Source: Marsupella aquatica (lineage: Eukaryota > Plantae > Marchantiophyta). Taken from it: 64,000 bases of DNA. The position numbers were made by a program, and so were the translations under genes. The stretch is taken from the NCBI GenBank assembly GCA_973895155.1, contig OZ316899.1, positions 1,263,573 to 1,327,572 on the forward strand, read 5' to 3'. Under the pieces are notes generated by a model. That model saw only the letters and a program-made list of their open reading frames with translations, was not told where the DNA came from and ran no database searches. Positions within the stretch are counted from its first letter, which is position 1; each line of letters begins with the position of its first letter. Shown here in pieces: positions 48,091 to 64,000 of this stretch.

Positions 48091-51000
48091 ATGGAAGGCA
48101 CTTTAAGACTAGCATCGTGGAATGTCTACGGCCTGTGTGAGCCAAATCATAAACATGTGGTTAAAAATTGGGTGAAATCGCTGAAGACTCCCCTAGGAAT
48201 ACTAGCATTACAAGAAGTGAAAGAGGATCAATTTCGACTCGACATGGCTCTAAGGGCGATTCTTCCTACGTATCAGCATTTTTCTGCAGCGCCAGACGAT
48301 GGACGGGGCGGAACCGCGCTACTGGTACACCCGGAGCTGAAGGTAGTGCGAATGGGGGTGTTGGACTTGGACAGGGCGGTATGGGTGGAGGTGGAGGCGG
48401 GATCCAGGAGTTTTGGGATTGCTAGTATCTATGCCCCCAACTCTGCACGATTAAGGGCTCTACTTTGGAATGACCTGAAAACTCTGCTCCCTCACAACGA
48501 CTGGATTGTATGTGGGGATTTTAACATGACGGAACGCAGAATTGACTCCACGGGCAATTCACCGTTGATTCGAGGAAGGGAGGCGGAATTCTGGAGATTC
48601 TTTAAAATGAGATTCAATTTGATCGATGCTTGGGAGATCAGAGGTGGTGCAGTGGGCCCTCCCTTCACGTGGAGAAGAAACAAGAATGTGGAGATAGTAC
48701 AATCTAGGCTCGACAGGTTCTACTTAAGTGAAATGGGATGGTGGTTGAGTGAGGTAGTGGAGCTTCTACATGAGGGAGGTTATGCTCTGTCGGATCACGA
48801 CCCTGTGCTACTCAGTGTTAAGCTTGCAGGGGAAGAAGAGATGAACGAGAAAGGGAAACCCCTAAACCCTAAACCCTAAACCAAGGACGGCGGAGGTGGA
48901 GATGGCTTTTCTTCGGGCACAACTTTGTTTGCTCAAGTTGGCCAATTTAGAAGCTCACTCAAAAGTTGATATTGCAGATTATATGGAGGCAGAAGATACG
49001 CTACACGCAACGAAGATAGAGGAAGCTCACAGGGGTCGCAAGCTAGCCAAAATAAAGTGGTTAGGTGAGGGAGATGAATCAACTAAATTCTTCTTTGCCA
49101 CTGTGAAAGCTAAGCGATCTCGTGAAGCGATGACTTCTTTGATCGGGAGGGACGGTAGAACTATCTCGGACCCCAGGTTAATCCTTAAGGAAGTTGAAGA
49201 TTTTTGTGTGGACCTGTACTCACCTGCTGCCTCTGCAGTGGACGAGACGGAGGTGAGGAGAGCTGCCAGAGTAAGATTGCTGAGGAATACTCAATTTGTG
49301 CTTTCTGGCGAGGAGATCCTTCAGATGGACAGGCTACCGACCTACCAAGAGATAAAGGATGTGCTGTGGCTACTACCGAATGACAAATCCCCTGGCCCAG
49401 ATGGTTTGACTACGGAGGTCTATAGAGCTTGTTGGGGATTTATGGGACAAGACCTGGTGGAAATGATTCAGGAATTTTGGCTTTCTGGGGCTCTAGATGC
49501 TGGAATTTGTGAGGGGATAATTAAATTTATACCTAAGAAACCTGATAAGCACTTTTTAAAAGATTGGAGACCATTAACCATGTTAAACACGATTTACAAG
49601 TTGATTGCAAAGATCCTTGCGCTGCGGTTGAAACCTATTCTTAACAGGATCATTAGCCCCCAACAGACTGGATTTATCCCGGGGCGACATATTCTGGAGA
49701 ACATCTCTCTTGCTTGGCTTACATGTGATTGGGTGCACAACCGGAAGAGAGAAGCCTTGTTCTTGAAGCTTGATTTTGAGAAGGCGTTTGACAGAGTTTG
49801 TCATGATTATATTTGGGATTGCATGCACTTGTTAGGGATTAGTGGACGATTTATTATGTTAGTAAAAGCGTTGTTGGCACAGGCTTCTTCTCGTGCTCTG
49901 GTGAATGGCTTCCTCTCTAACTCCTTTGAGCTGAAGTGTGGTGTTCGACAGGGCTGCCCCCTGTCGCCGCTGCTTTTTGTGATTTCCACACAGCCACTCA
50001 TGGATTTTCTTGCTGCGGAGATGGAAGGAGGATGATTAAATGGTTTGCAGATTACAGAGGATTTCAAGATTTGCTATAGACTCTTTGCGGATGACGTGGG
50101 GATGTTTATCCCGGCTACAGAACAAGATTTTGAGGATACAAAAACTGCCCTGGAATGCTATGAGATAGCCACGGGTGCGAAGCTGAATCTGGAGAAATCA
50201 GTGGCGATTCCCTTGGCTATGGAGATTGTACCAGAGTGGTTGAGAAAAACAGGTTGCCTTATTAGCGGGAGAGGGGAGATTCAGAAGTACCTTGGTGCTC
50301 CATTAGGAGTGGGGCTGCGTACGGAGCAACTCCACAAGTTCTGCCTCGACAAGATCAGCTCTAGGCTGTCAGCATGGTCAAACAAGTTTTTCTCTTTCAC
50401 CGGACGTTCCCTGCTTGTGAAGCAAGTCTTGCTTGCTATCCCTATTTATCATGTTATGTACTGCAAAGCCTCTGCTGGATTAGCAAAGAAAGTAATTGCC
50501 CTCAGCAGAGACTTTTTATGGGGTTATAATGCGGTTGGAGGCAAGAAAATTCCTCTGGTGGCTTGGGATAGGATAGCACGTCCAAGGGTGGAGGGTGGAC
50601 TAGGATTCAGGGATTTTCGCAGCCACTATGATGCTCTGCTTTCACAATGGTTCACTAAGGCACTTAACTCCCCGGAGCTGGAATGGTCTCGGATGTTGGC
50701 AGCAAACTTATCGTTGATAGGATGGATGAACTATAAGGTTATTAGAAGAAATGGCTATTCCTTCCAAGACCAACTCTTACTCTGTTCACCTCGTTCATTT
50801 AGTGGTCTACCTTACACGGCAGGTTTGTGGAAGAGTTGGGAACTGGTTAGGGCTCATCTTTCATTTGAACCTGGACGAATGGCACCGCCAGCAAGGTGGA
50901 GCATCACTGACACTCTTAGATGCATGGTTGGCTTCAATTCGCTGCCCAATGCGACTATTACGACTATTGCTGCGATTTGTGGCAGACTGGGAATGAGGAC

Positions 51001-51874
51001 TGTTGGGGATGGATGGTCGGCGGAGGACGGATGTTGGAAGGACCTTCCTTTGAGATGGCACAGCATTCGAAGTATTTTGGCTGACCATTGGCTGTTGGCC
51101 AGGTCTTTCTTGGAGCGTCTGTGGAGCACAAATTTCTGTTGTACTGAATACTTCCTATATGCCAAGCAATGGCGCTGGAGTGACAACGTGGGAGTCGGTC
51201 TGAGGAACTTCAGGATTGAGAACTGTCGAGTATATGATTTTTTGAGACCCAAGACCTCTACTCATGAGAGGCTTAACAGGATTTGGTCTCTCTCCCAACC
51301 GGAGCTGGTTTGGAATGTGGGATGGACCAAGCTATGGAGCTCTGATTTGCCAGTCAGAGGCAAGACCTTTATATGGAGAATTATTGTTGGGGGTCTTTTC
51401 TTTGGAGAGCGTGCGCTCAGAATCGATGTAAGCAATGGAGATTGCAAACTTTGCTGCGGGGTATTGGAGACTATTCCCCATATTTTTTTCAGATGTACAC
51501 ATGCAATTAGAAGCTGGAGCATATGTCAGGCTTTTCTTAGTGGATTGGGTATGCCATTCGGTCGTGGTCTGAATGTCTTGTTGGAGGCTGCTTGTGGGAA
51601 AGATGAGAAGCAGGTTGCACAACTTTTTGTTTTGCATCAAATTCTGTGGCGGCTTTGGATGGGGCGGAACACACTTATGTTCCAATTGCATGGCAGACGC
51701 TCATTTGATTTGGGCCTGGTTCTTACTGAGGCAGCTGAGAATCTGTATGCGGTTAGTCGCCGTTCTCTTTCGGGTAGGAAATGCACCAGACTTCTTAGGG
51801 CCAAAGCCTGGATTGATGAGAGGCGTAGGGGTTGGCTCTCTTTTGGCAGTGGCTGCATCGTCACTGGGATGTGA
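48091..51874 (+). pseudogene. LINE ORF2 (APE endonuclease, RT, zf-RVT); broken at 48879 and 50035
   Basis: LASWNV...LALQE...IYAPN...GDFN...SRLDR...SDH; KSPGPDG...WRPLTMLN...QTGFIPGR...KLDFEKAFD...GVRQGCPLSP...FADD...YLG; CKLC...ETIPHIFFRC. Confidence 0.9.
48856..48881 (+). repeat. Interstitial (CCCTAAA)3 telomere-type repeat inside ORF2
   Basis: AAACCCTAAACCCTAAACCCTAAACC at the point where the ORF2 frame breaks. Confidence 0.8.
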
Positions 51875-54800
51875 CTGGCTGGTGTTTGTGATGTGATTCG
51901 TTGCCCATGTAATGTGTAGGTGGTTGATGTGGCTCTTTCTCCCTGTGCTTTTTTGTGCTTGTTGGTCCTGTGCCCTTGGTCTTCCCCTACACTCGTGGGG
52001 GTTACCCTGTGGCGGGGTCTGTTGTCTGGCCTTTTTGGGCCCTTCTCTGTTTGCCCTTCCCGTGGGGTTTTTTGTGGGGGAACAATCAAAATTTATAAAA
52101 TGGTCTCTTTCAAGGAAATCCATTTGTTCACAAAGTGGGAGGCGACACCTTTCTGATGGAGATACGGCTTCCACTTCTTCAGAGAATGCACAATGCTTTT
52201 GAGGTAAGACACTTTCTGAATGTTAACTACCCAAAATGGTCCGCGCACAATAAGGGTGAAGCCCAAAGGAGGCATGTTGATATCTTTGTGGGACTCACTC
52301 AATCCCGGGGGCACCGAGTTGCTGACATCATTGATAATTTCACTTATCAATTCCTTGATCACACGGCAGACGAGATGTCCTGGGAAGTGAAGAATACCGT
52401 GCAATGTTTGCCACTGATGGAGGATTTGAGTGACCCTGACATCAATCACATTGCAAAAGCTCTACTTGGAATGGTTATTTTGGCCCATATTTGCAAAATA
52501 AGCGACGATTTGTTTGGGAAGTCCTAAAAATTAGGGACCTTACTTCTAAGTTTAAAAACTTGTATCCTAGAGACGCTTGCAACTGAAATAGAAAGGTTGA
52601 TAAGTCAGAAAGTAGACTTACTTGCTCAAATGTGTTGTAGTGAGGGACATTCAATGATCATTGTTTAGTAATTTGGAGACTTGTAACATTGATGGGAGGC
52701 CTATTACAAATACACAAATGTGACATTATTCATGTGACTATTCTCCACCAAATTCTTAGTAATACCCCAAAAATGTATTTTACATGGATTTGGAAATGTC
52801 AACTGGTTTTTAGGAAACTTGAAAGAGTGTTCTGGAAATTCCAGTTCCAAGTTTTGAAAACTTCATTTAAGGTTTTTGGATAATTCATTTATTTAATTTG
52901 GAAATTTTACCAAGTCACTTAGGAAAAAGAATTTCCAGAATTAGTGAAATTACTGATCTATGCGCTGGTTATTCTTATTGTAAATTACACCTCTTTGCTA
53001 GGTTTCTCTTTGGTTCTCATCTAGGTGCAATTCTCCAAGTGTAGTTCTGAACCCGGTCCTTCTAGCTCCTAACCGAGCTGATGTCGAGGGCTGCTTGCAG
53101 TGACTGAGTTGGTTAGTACAATCTGTCAAAATTGATCTCTTAGTCAACTTTGTTGCCTTTGTAATTTGTGGGTTTGCTCCTTCACTATCCATGGGATTTC
53201 TAGTACTCGTCTGCAATAATTTCAGTTTGTCTCGCCTCTATTGGATCCATCTCAGCACTTACCCCAATAATTTTTGGCCGCTTGTTCAACACTTTCACAC
53301 CACTCTGAACCAGAAAGTTATACATTTCTTTCCCATCCCATATTGCCCAACATCATGCCTTACTCTGATTTGTGACTTGCATGGAGGAGCTGCTCTGAAT
53401 TCCCCAGGAGTGCCACTCTGGCTAACAATGCACCAAAAGTACATTCCTTCCCATCTTACAATTTAAGGTCACAGCCTTTGTAGACTAATTTAATACATCT
53501 TGTTCCCCAAATTGCTACGATCACTACTCCAAAAGGGTTACAACTCCACCCAAGTCTATAACAATTGCTTAGGTCTTCATTGGTTTATTTACTTTTGAGC
53601 TATCCGCAAAACAACTGTGCCTAAACAAGGCTCTTCCACATCTCCTTCTATACTCAAAACATAACATATCCTTTACTCTACTAATCTATACTGAATGTAA
53701 CTTAAATTCAGGTACGTAATCATTGATTTGAACACAAGATCACAAGATTCGAGGAGAAAATGCTTAAAATTGTTTAACCCATGATAAACACATGAAAATC
53801 CATCATAGCATAACCATCATTGGTACCTTGATATAACCAATTTTGGCCAGAAGATTGCCACTTCCTCATACAAGTTTGAACCCTAAACATACATTATGGC
53901 TTGCAATCAAATGTTTTGATAGGCTCTTGTACAGTATTGTACCACGACAGCAACACTCAGAAATCCAACAGTGCTCCTGCAATCTTTGTCATCAACCAAA
54001 ACGCTAGCAAATCTACCCACAACAAATTCTCTATGAATTTGACTTTGACAAAATTGTGCAAGCATCAAGATGAAACATCAAGATTGTAGGACAATTCTGC
54101 ACCAGAAGCCCAAGTTTCCTAAGCAACCAGAAGACCTCAAATATTAGATTTTTGGAACTAAACTTTCAATCTCCTAGTTGCCACTCCAAAATAAATTGAG
54201 TCCAGATGAAGTTCCAATGCAATTTACACTATTAAATTGCAACAATGATGCTCCATGAGTGTTCATTGCAGTTTCTTGACAAGCAATTGCTGTTCTGCCT
54301 AGGTCTTCTGTTGACTTGCCTGCATCTCCAGCATTTCAACACATGTGAGATACTGTGTGGAAATTTGAGATTAAAGGACTTATAACTTAATAGCTGGACT
54401 GTGAGATCAATTGGAAGGAAATTAATGTTAATGATCTGGTGTTCCAAAGCATTCCAAGTATCGGGTTTCAAGCATTCTGACACCACTTCACTCCTGAACA
54501 AGTGGCAAATAGGGTTTGGGGTTGAGTCAACAAGTTGTATAGGGAGAGAACATCTTCATTGCTAAATAAGTCAGAAAGTCGAGGGGCATTTGAAGCAAGG
54601 GCGGCTGTACCATATGCTGGTCCTGTCAGAGGCACCTGAATTGAGCAACTGGTACGTTTGCAGCATGAGGCCAATAGCGTTCTGGAAAAGTAGATACTCG
54701 GTGATCAATCAAGAAGCTTTGAATTTGCGGCATGAGGTCAATGGCGTTTTAGGAAAAGTAGATACTCAGTGCTCAATTAAGAAGCTTTAAGTTTTAATTG

Positions 54801-55910
54801 ACTGACTTCCGAGTGCATTACATAGGAGGACAATTCCAGCTGACTGCTCTCACTATAACCTGGCGGTCTCCTTAAAGTCAAACTTTGCCATACTGAAAAA
54901 TAGCTTATGGAGATCAAAATTTTCAGCACCACAATTTCTAGGTAGCCGACTCAGCAATCAACATTTAGCCAACTGATAATGAGGGGATATTGACATGATA
55001 GTGTGATTGGATTTAGGTTCTTGGCTGACGAGAAATCTCTTCGTGAATTGAACTAGGTGGGTTCACACTGCTTAGAACCTATATCCTTTCAGAACGGCAT
55101 CCCATCAAAAACTCTGCGGGCCACCATTCAACGATTTCTTTCTGAAGCCATCTTAAGTCTCAAACGCACATGTAGATCACTGAGGTAGTTCCCCATCGCA
55201 TTGGTGACGAACGTATATATTGCACCAGAGGAGACTCATATCCCTAGCTTAACTATTTATTTGGGAAACCTCTCGACTCATGCATAACTTGAAAAGTTGT
55301 ACGAGCTTACTTCCAGCAGGGCTTTCAAATTTCAGAGTTTTGTTGATAGTACCATTCTCAAATCCAATCTTAACTCTCTTCCAATCAATACTAAACAAAA
55401 TCTATGCCAAGGTACCAGCTGCAGTTTTGTGAGCTGTCACCTTGGCAATACGACTTGTAGGGGGCTTACCAACTGAAACAACTTTTGGGGAGGCTGTTTT
55501 GTAGTCAGGTCTCATAGTTAACCACCGGGTCACCAATGCGGTTTGTCACCACATTCTTTCCAAAGATCAGAGCCTTCCAAAAGAGTACTATGTGCCTTCC
55601 GGAGTCTTCCGAGTACACAAATCAAGCAGAGAGTTCAACTTGGGCAGAAAGACCAGGAGAAGCACACGGAAATTAAAACGAACTAATTTGTGACAGGTGA
55701 CCACTGGTCATGTTTACAGGTAGCACCTGCAAGTTTCATTTTCCAACCCGCTCTTTGCCAAGTGAAACCCATATCCAGGGTAAAAACTAGTCACTTAGCT
55801 CATACCCTCCATGTCTAACGCATGTGCTTTCTTCCCCTCAGACCCCCATACCACAAATCTGACAGTTACAGCAATCGTCCAGGAACACGATCAACTTGTC
55901 CTCGTTCCAC

Positions 55911-59983
<4,073 letters not shown>

Positions 59984-60403
59984 TGCTCGCGTCGGTATTG
60001 AGCTACCAAATCTTCGGGGAAGACGGTTAAGATCGGCAGTCACCTCGTCATATAAACTAACGATGCACGGATGCAAACGCGATGGCCCGAACTCAAGATC
60101 CCCAACCAGACGAGAAAGTCCTCAGTCTGTGCGGCCGACCCTAAACTCTTCAAAACTTCACAAGTGAATGTGATAAGTCAAGTCTCACTTGGCAAATGTC
60201 AGACAAGCGGGAAACGTTCGCTACTCTGTAGTCTGTACTATCCGCTGGCCAGTGTGAGCAAGGTAATGTACGAAGCAAAAACGGATGATCAATAAATGGG
60301 GGTAAACCCGGCTGCCTGCGTAAACTGTGGTGAATGTTGACAGGGTCGGAATGTCCGCTGGTCGTTTGGCCTATACCTTAAAGTCTCAAACTTTAAAATG
60401 CCC

Positions 60404-60439
60404 GTGACCAAAGGGGTTTGGTCACAAAAGCTAAACTAG
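60404..60439 (+). mobile_element. Helitron-type 3' terminus (hairpin plus CTAG)
   Basis: Perfect 9-bp stem GTGACCAAA-gggg-TTTGGTCAC, a 10-nt spacer, then CTAG followed by T. Confidence 0.6.
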
Positions 60440-60499
60440 TCTTTATAATTTATGACTTGTGACTGATTAGTTATTGTCACCAATACATGAATGTTTCAT

Positions 60500-60556
60500 T
60501 AGTATAGTGATCACTCTCGCAAGGGGGAGGTCTCGGGTTCAAAACTCGGGTCCTGA
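60500..60556 (+). other. Degenerate tRNA-derived (SINE-head-like) Pol III box A/box B remnant
   Basis: TAGTATAGTGA (A-box-like) and GGTTCAAAACT (B-box-like) about 36 nt apart. No complete cloverleaf. Confidence 0.3.
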
Positions 60557-60811
60557 AATGCTTTGACCCAAGTTTGACTCGCAATAGCACAAAAACATGA
60601 TAAGTTGGGGTTGCATTTAAATTTGAGAAAAATTAATAAATACAAGGAAAAGATAATTCATTATAATATGATACCTCAAAATAATCTAAATTTGAAATAG
60701 AATACATCTAATTTTTTATTTGATGGAGAAAAAAATGTATCAAAACCTAAATGTATCTAAAAGACTAACCTAAATTAACCCTAAAGCATCCACTACCTAA
60801 TTTGAATTAAA

Positions 60812-63800
60812 TCATAAAGAATTTAGTCTTTTTCTCCTCTCATCGTCAACCTTTTGTTGATGTATATACAAACCAGCATCTAAAGGATGAACATGCTCAT
60901 AGGCAAAATATTTCTCAAATACTATATTGCATAACTTTTTTATGTGCGATACCGTTACATAGTTGAGGCCAATTGCAAATTCTGAATTGCTCAAGTCAAG
61001 TATTGTTTTTTCAACAGTTACACCTTGCGCCTTGTGAATTGTTATAGGATCTACAAGAACCAAAGAAAATTGTTTCCTCGATAATGATTTTCGTCCATGT
61101 AATGTCTCTTTCTTCCATGTGGTCACAGATGGAGATTTGACCCAATGGTATTCCGTTTGTAGTATGTCAACATGTAGGACCTTTATAACTTTTCATAGCT
61201 ACAAAAATGATATCGGGCAAATTGCTAGCGGCATCCAACGTGCACAACCCCTGTATTCCATTCACAAGACCCTCTTGTACCCAAAGATTTTGGGTCAACA
61301 TGACATTGGATCCTTTAGAAGAGTATTTTGGTCACAAGACCTCCGACATCACTACACTGCCTTTCAAGGCATCACTACCTCCTATTGGATGATCGGCAAC
61401 CAAAATTGACAGGAAAACCACTATATTTGAGAACAAATTTGTTGTAGGTTTTAACATTTTTTTATCTTGGATAGAGTATATGCTTGGATAATCAAATATT
61501 GTATATGCTTCCAACGTTTTTGCAATCATAAGAGTGCAAGTCCTTCATAACCTCAAAATTTTGCATCGGCCTTATCAATAAGGTTGAATGATAGGTTTGT
61601 CCTTTAATGACATGAGTTACAACTCCGATGGGTGCAATTATGATCAATGCAGATGGCAAGCCCGGATCTTTGTGTTGAGCTATACCATGCAAAATAGCAC
61701 CAATCAAGGAAAATTTTCCCGTTCCACCAACACCATCAATATTGAGTTGCAATGGTGTAGTGCATTTTGTAACAAAATGATTTATGATGCAATCATAAAT
61801 TTTCTTTTGCTCATCTGTCAATAGAGACATCTTAAAGTTGGGATCAATGTCATCAACAATAGAGTCTCCAGCCAATTTGCATTGATCTTGGATAAAAGTT
61901 GGAGCATCTTTTAAATTAGGATAGTCAAATGAATTGGCTCCCCAATCATAATTGATATCAAGATCTAGTTTTCCTAGGTTGTTCTTTTCATCATTGGAGC
62001 AAACCACATTATTCATATTTTGAATTCCCTTTTGTGCATTCAACATTCCTTTGGATAGAATATTTTTGCTTTCGTCATCCGACACATCTTCACTTTCAAA
62101 CTCTTCTTCTGTAACCTCAATCTCAGTATGTGCACATTCATCTAAGCAGTCTAATACTTGATGATTGGGATGAGCCTTGCATTCCTCAAATGCTTCAATC
62201 CAAGTCATGCGACCTTCTCTATGAGAATGCCTTAGAAGGTCTTCCATCCTTTGAAATTGATGATGCAACAACATTTTTGCACGACACCAATCTGCATACA
62301 ACGGTGATTGTGAATCCCATGAATATTGTGGATAGATTTTTAGCACTATGTTTTTGCCTCTAGTATGCATAGTGTAAGCCCATTTATTCTCTCTATCTCG
62401 TTGAGTTACTCTGGTGAAATCACGACAAATTTCACCAAAAGACTCATCACCTAATACGGATGCCCTCTCCATATAATATTCCAAGGGGATTCTACCAAAT
62501 CCTGCTTGATTCTGACCTTCAACATTTACTTCCACATGTTGTTCATCAATAGATCTCATGTCAATTGTTTGCACATCATGGCTTGAGTTGAATAAGTTGA
62601 TCAAAGCAGATGATGACAAACTTCTTGTCTAGAATAATCTCTTTCTCCTATCATTTTGTTCAACACTCGTGTCACACCATCCCCACCTCGTGCTTTGGGG
62701 GCCATATTGGCAAATACCCTCCGCACAACATCAACATATGAATCTATTTTGTATTCAGGTTTTGAAACGTACTTTGAAATGTACATCAAAGTAGATTGCA
62801 AAGTCGTTACTGGTTTAAAATCAATGTTTGCTTGCCATCCCAATATCATCAACGTATTGCGGGAATTCAAGAGAGGTTGATTGCATACCAGCTCAAATTT
62901 CCAATTGTTTCTCTCAGTTTTAACCATTGTTGTTTCGATTCTCAATTCTTTTGGAAATTCAAATCTACAATGAATCTCACGTGATTTTTTCTTCTGTCAT
63001 AGACAATACCTAGGAGAACATATTATGTGTTGTTGCACTATCAAGCATTTCAACTAGCTCACACTTGGTATCTTTTAGTGTATCGAGCTCTCGAGCAGAA
63101 GAATGGATGATAGCTGCTTCCAAGTTAGGGCAAGGATTTTTTGCAGAACAATCATCTTTCCAATACTACATGAATTTTTTTGCACCTTCCTCTTTTGAAA
63201 AATCAAGAGTATTTGGATCTGGAATGGCTTGATCTCTTGGAAGCCATTGAAATCCATGAATATGTCCACTACTTCTTCCTTGCCATTCAAATCGATACCA
63301 AAAATCAATTGTTAACCATTTTTTCTTCATCACCAACTCAAAAAACAACTTGAATCTTTTATTCAAGTACCAAGCTACTATGTGAGGGTTTTCCACCAAA
63401 TTTTGTATCTGAATTTGAGTTTTGAATGATTCTATATCATCTTGTGCATATTATATGGGCATAAAGCGTTACAGATCAGGCCATTGATGGTCTGCAACAC
63501 TAATTTTAAAAAAGATATGTGAACATCCCACCTTTGGGTCTTGCACCATTGCAAGTAAATCAGATCGCACGTTTGACCAATACGGTCATGTTCCTTGAAT
63601 ATTTTTCTCATGATGTACTATTTCTCGTGCCATAGCTGCTTTGTTGCTTTCAAATTGCCTCATCAAATCTTCCATTGTGATTTGTACTTCATTTTGATGA
63701 TGACACTTAGCATAGAATGCTCCATTGGTTTTTGCTTGCCATCTAAACATAGAATTGGCAGCAAACCATCAAAATCAAGGATGTTGCACAAAACAGGGAT

Positions 63801-64000
63801 CTTGTAATCGTATGAGATGTTTGAAATACTCATGGGCATTCATATTATGTGCCCATTGAGATTTTAGATCACACTTGCCATCTAGAAATAGTGTAGGGAA
63901 AGTGTTAGTGATATATGGAGAATCCCCAAACTCATTGAATCGTTGTGGTCTCAATATTGGCATAGATAACGGCTCACTTTGTTGGTCTTCCTGAAATCTT
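60812..64000 (-). pseudogene. Helitron Rep/PIF1 helicase, disrupted; the 5' part lies beyond the window
   Basis: HUH Rep motifs WYRFEWQGRSSGHIHG (63166..63399) and MYISKYVSKPE (62601..62945). Walker A DGVGGTGK (61492..62619). C-terminal helicase motifs ITIHKAQGVT and GLNYVTVS (60812..61126). Confidence 0.9.

Larger units (their letters stand above)
45215..52100 (+). mobile_element. L1-clade LINE, near full length but disrupted
   Basis: ORF1 with a CCHC knuckle, an inter-ORF spacer, ORF2 EN-RT-zf, and a T-rich 3' UTR with a degenerate A-rich end. The 5' boundary is approximate. Confidence 0.85.

Noticed and set aside
49583-51252. Antisense ORFs overlapping LINE ORF2
   Set aside because: Shadow frames of a long coding sequence with no independent evidence.
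52135-52527. 130-aa ORF after the LINE
   Set aside because: No recognisable motif, no splice or promoter support, and overlapping antisense ORFs of similar length.
54662-54790. Two ~67-bp tandem copies downstream of UAP56
   Set aside because: A simple local duplication with no further structure.
60495-60560. Functional tRNA gene
   Set aside because: The anticodon arm is too short and the acceptor stem does not pair. It is at most a degenerate tRNA-derived remnant.

Overview
Eukaryotic, TE-dense land-plant DNA, most likely a bryophyte or other non-seed plant. This is inferred from GT-AG introns, a plant-type UAP56 gene, a tRNA-iMet PBS and TTTAGGG-type repeats. Only one clearly intact host gene is present: an 11-exon UAP56/DDX39 DECD-box RNA helicase on the minus strand (55911-59983). 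The rest is a nest of mobile elements: a chromodomain Ty3/gypsy element (4271-11505) sitting antisense inside a split LTR of its own family, two decayed copies of a second Ty3/gypsy family with a long extra ORF (1-3590 and 25314-34873), a Sola2-like transposase, an L1-type LINE with a telomere-repeat scar, and a Helitron Rep-helicase. The most unusual feature is a Mutator-like DNA transposon (body about 14.5-25.3 kb). Its transposase gene is head-to-head with a spliced cargo gene encoding an N-terminal ParB/Srx-like domain (DGNHR) and a C-terminal beta-class N4C/N6A DNA-methyltransferase-like domain. Sixteen copies of a 15-bp palindrome (TAGCGCCWGGCGCTA and variants) are dispersed through its introns and the shared promoter region, which is reminiscent of a ParB/parS-plus-methylase cassette. 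This copy is pseudogenised. All domain calls are by-eye motif recognition; no database search was run.
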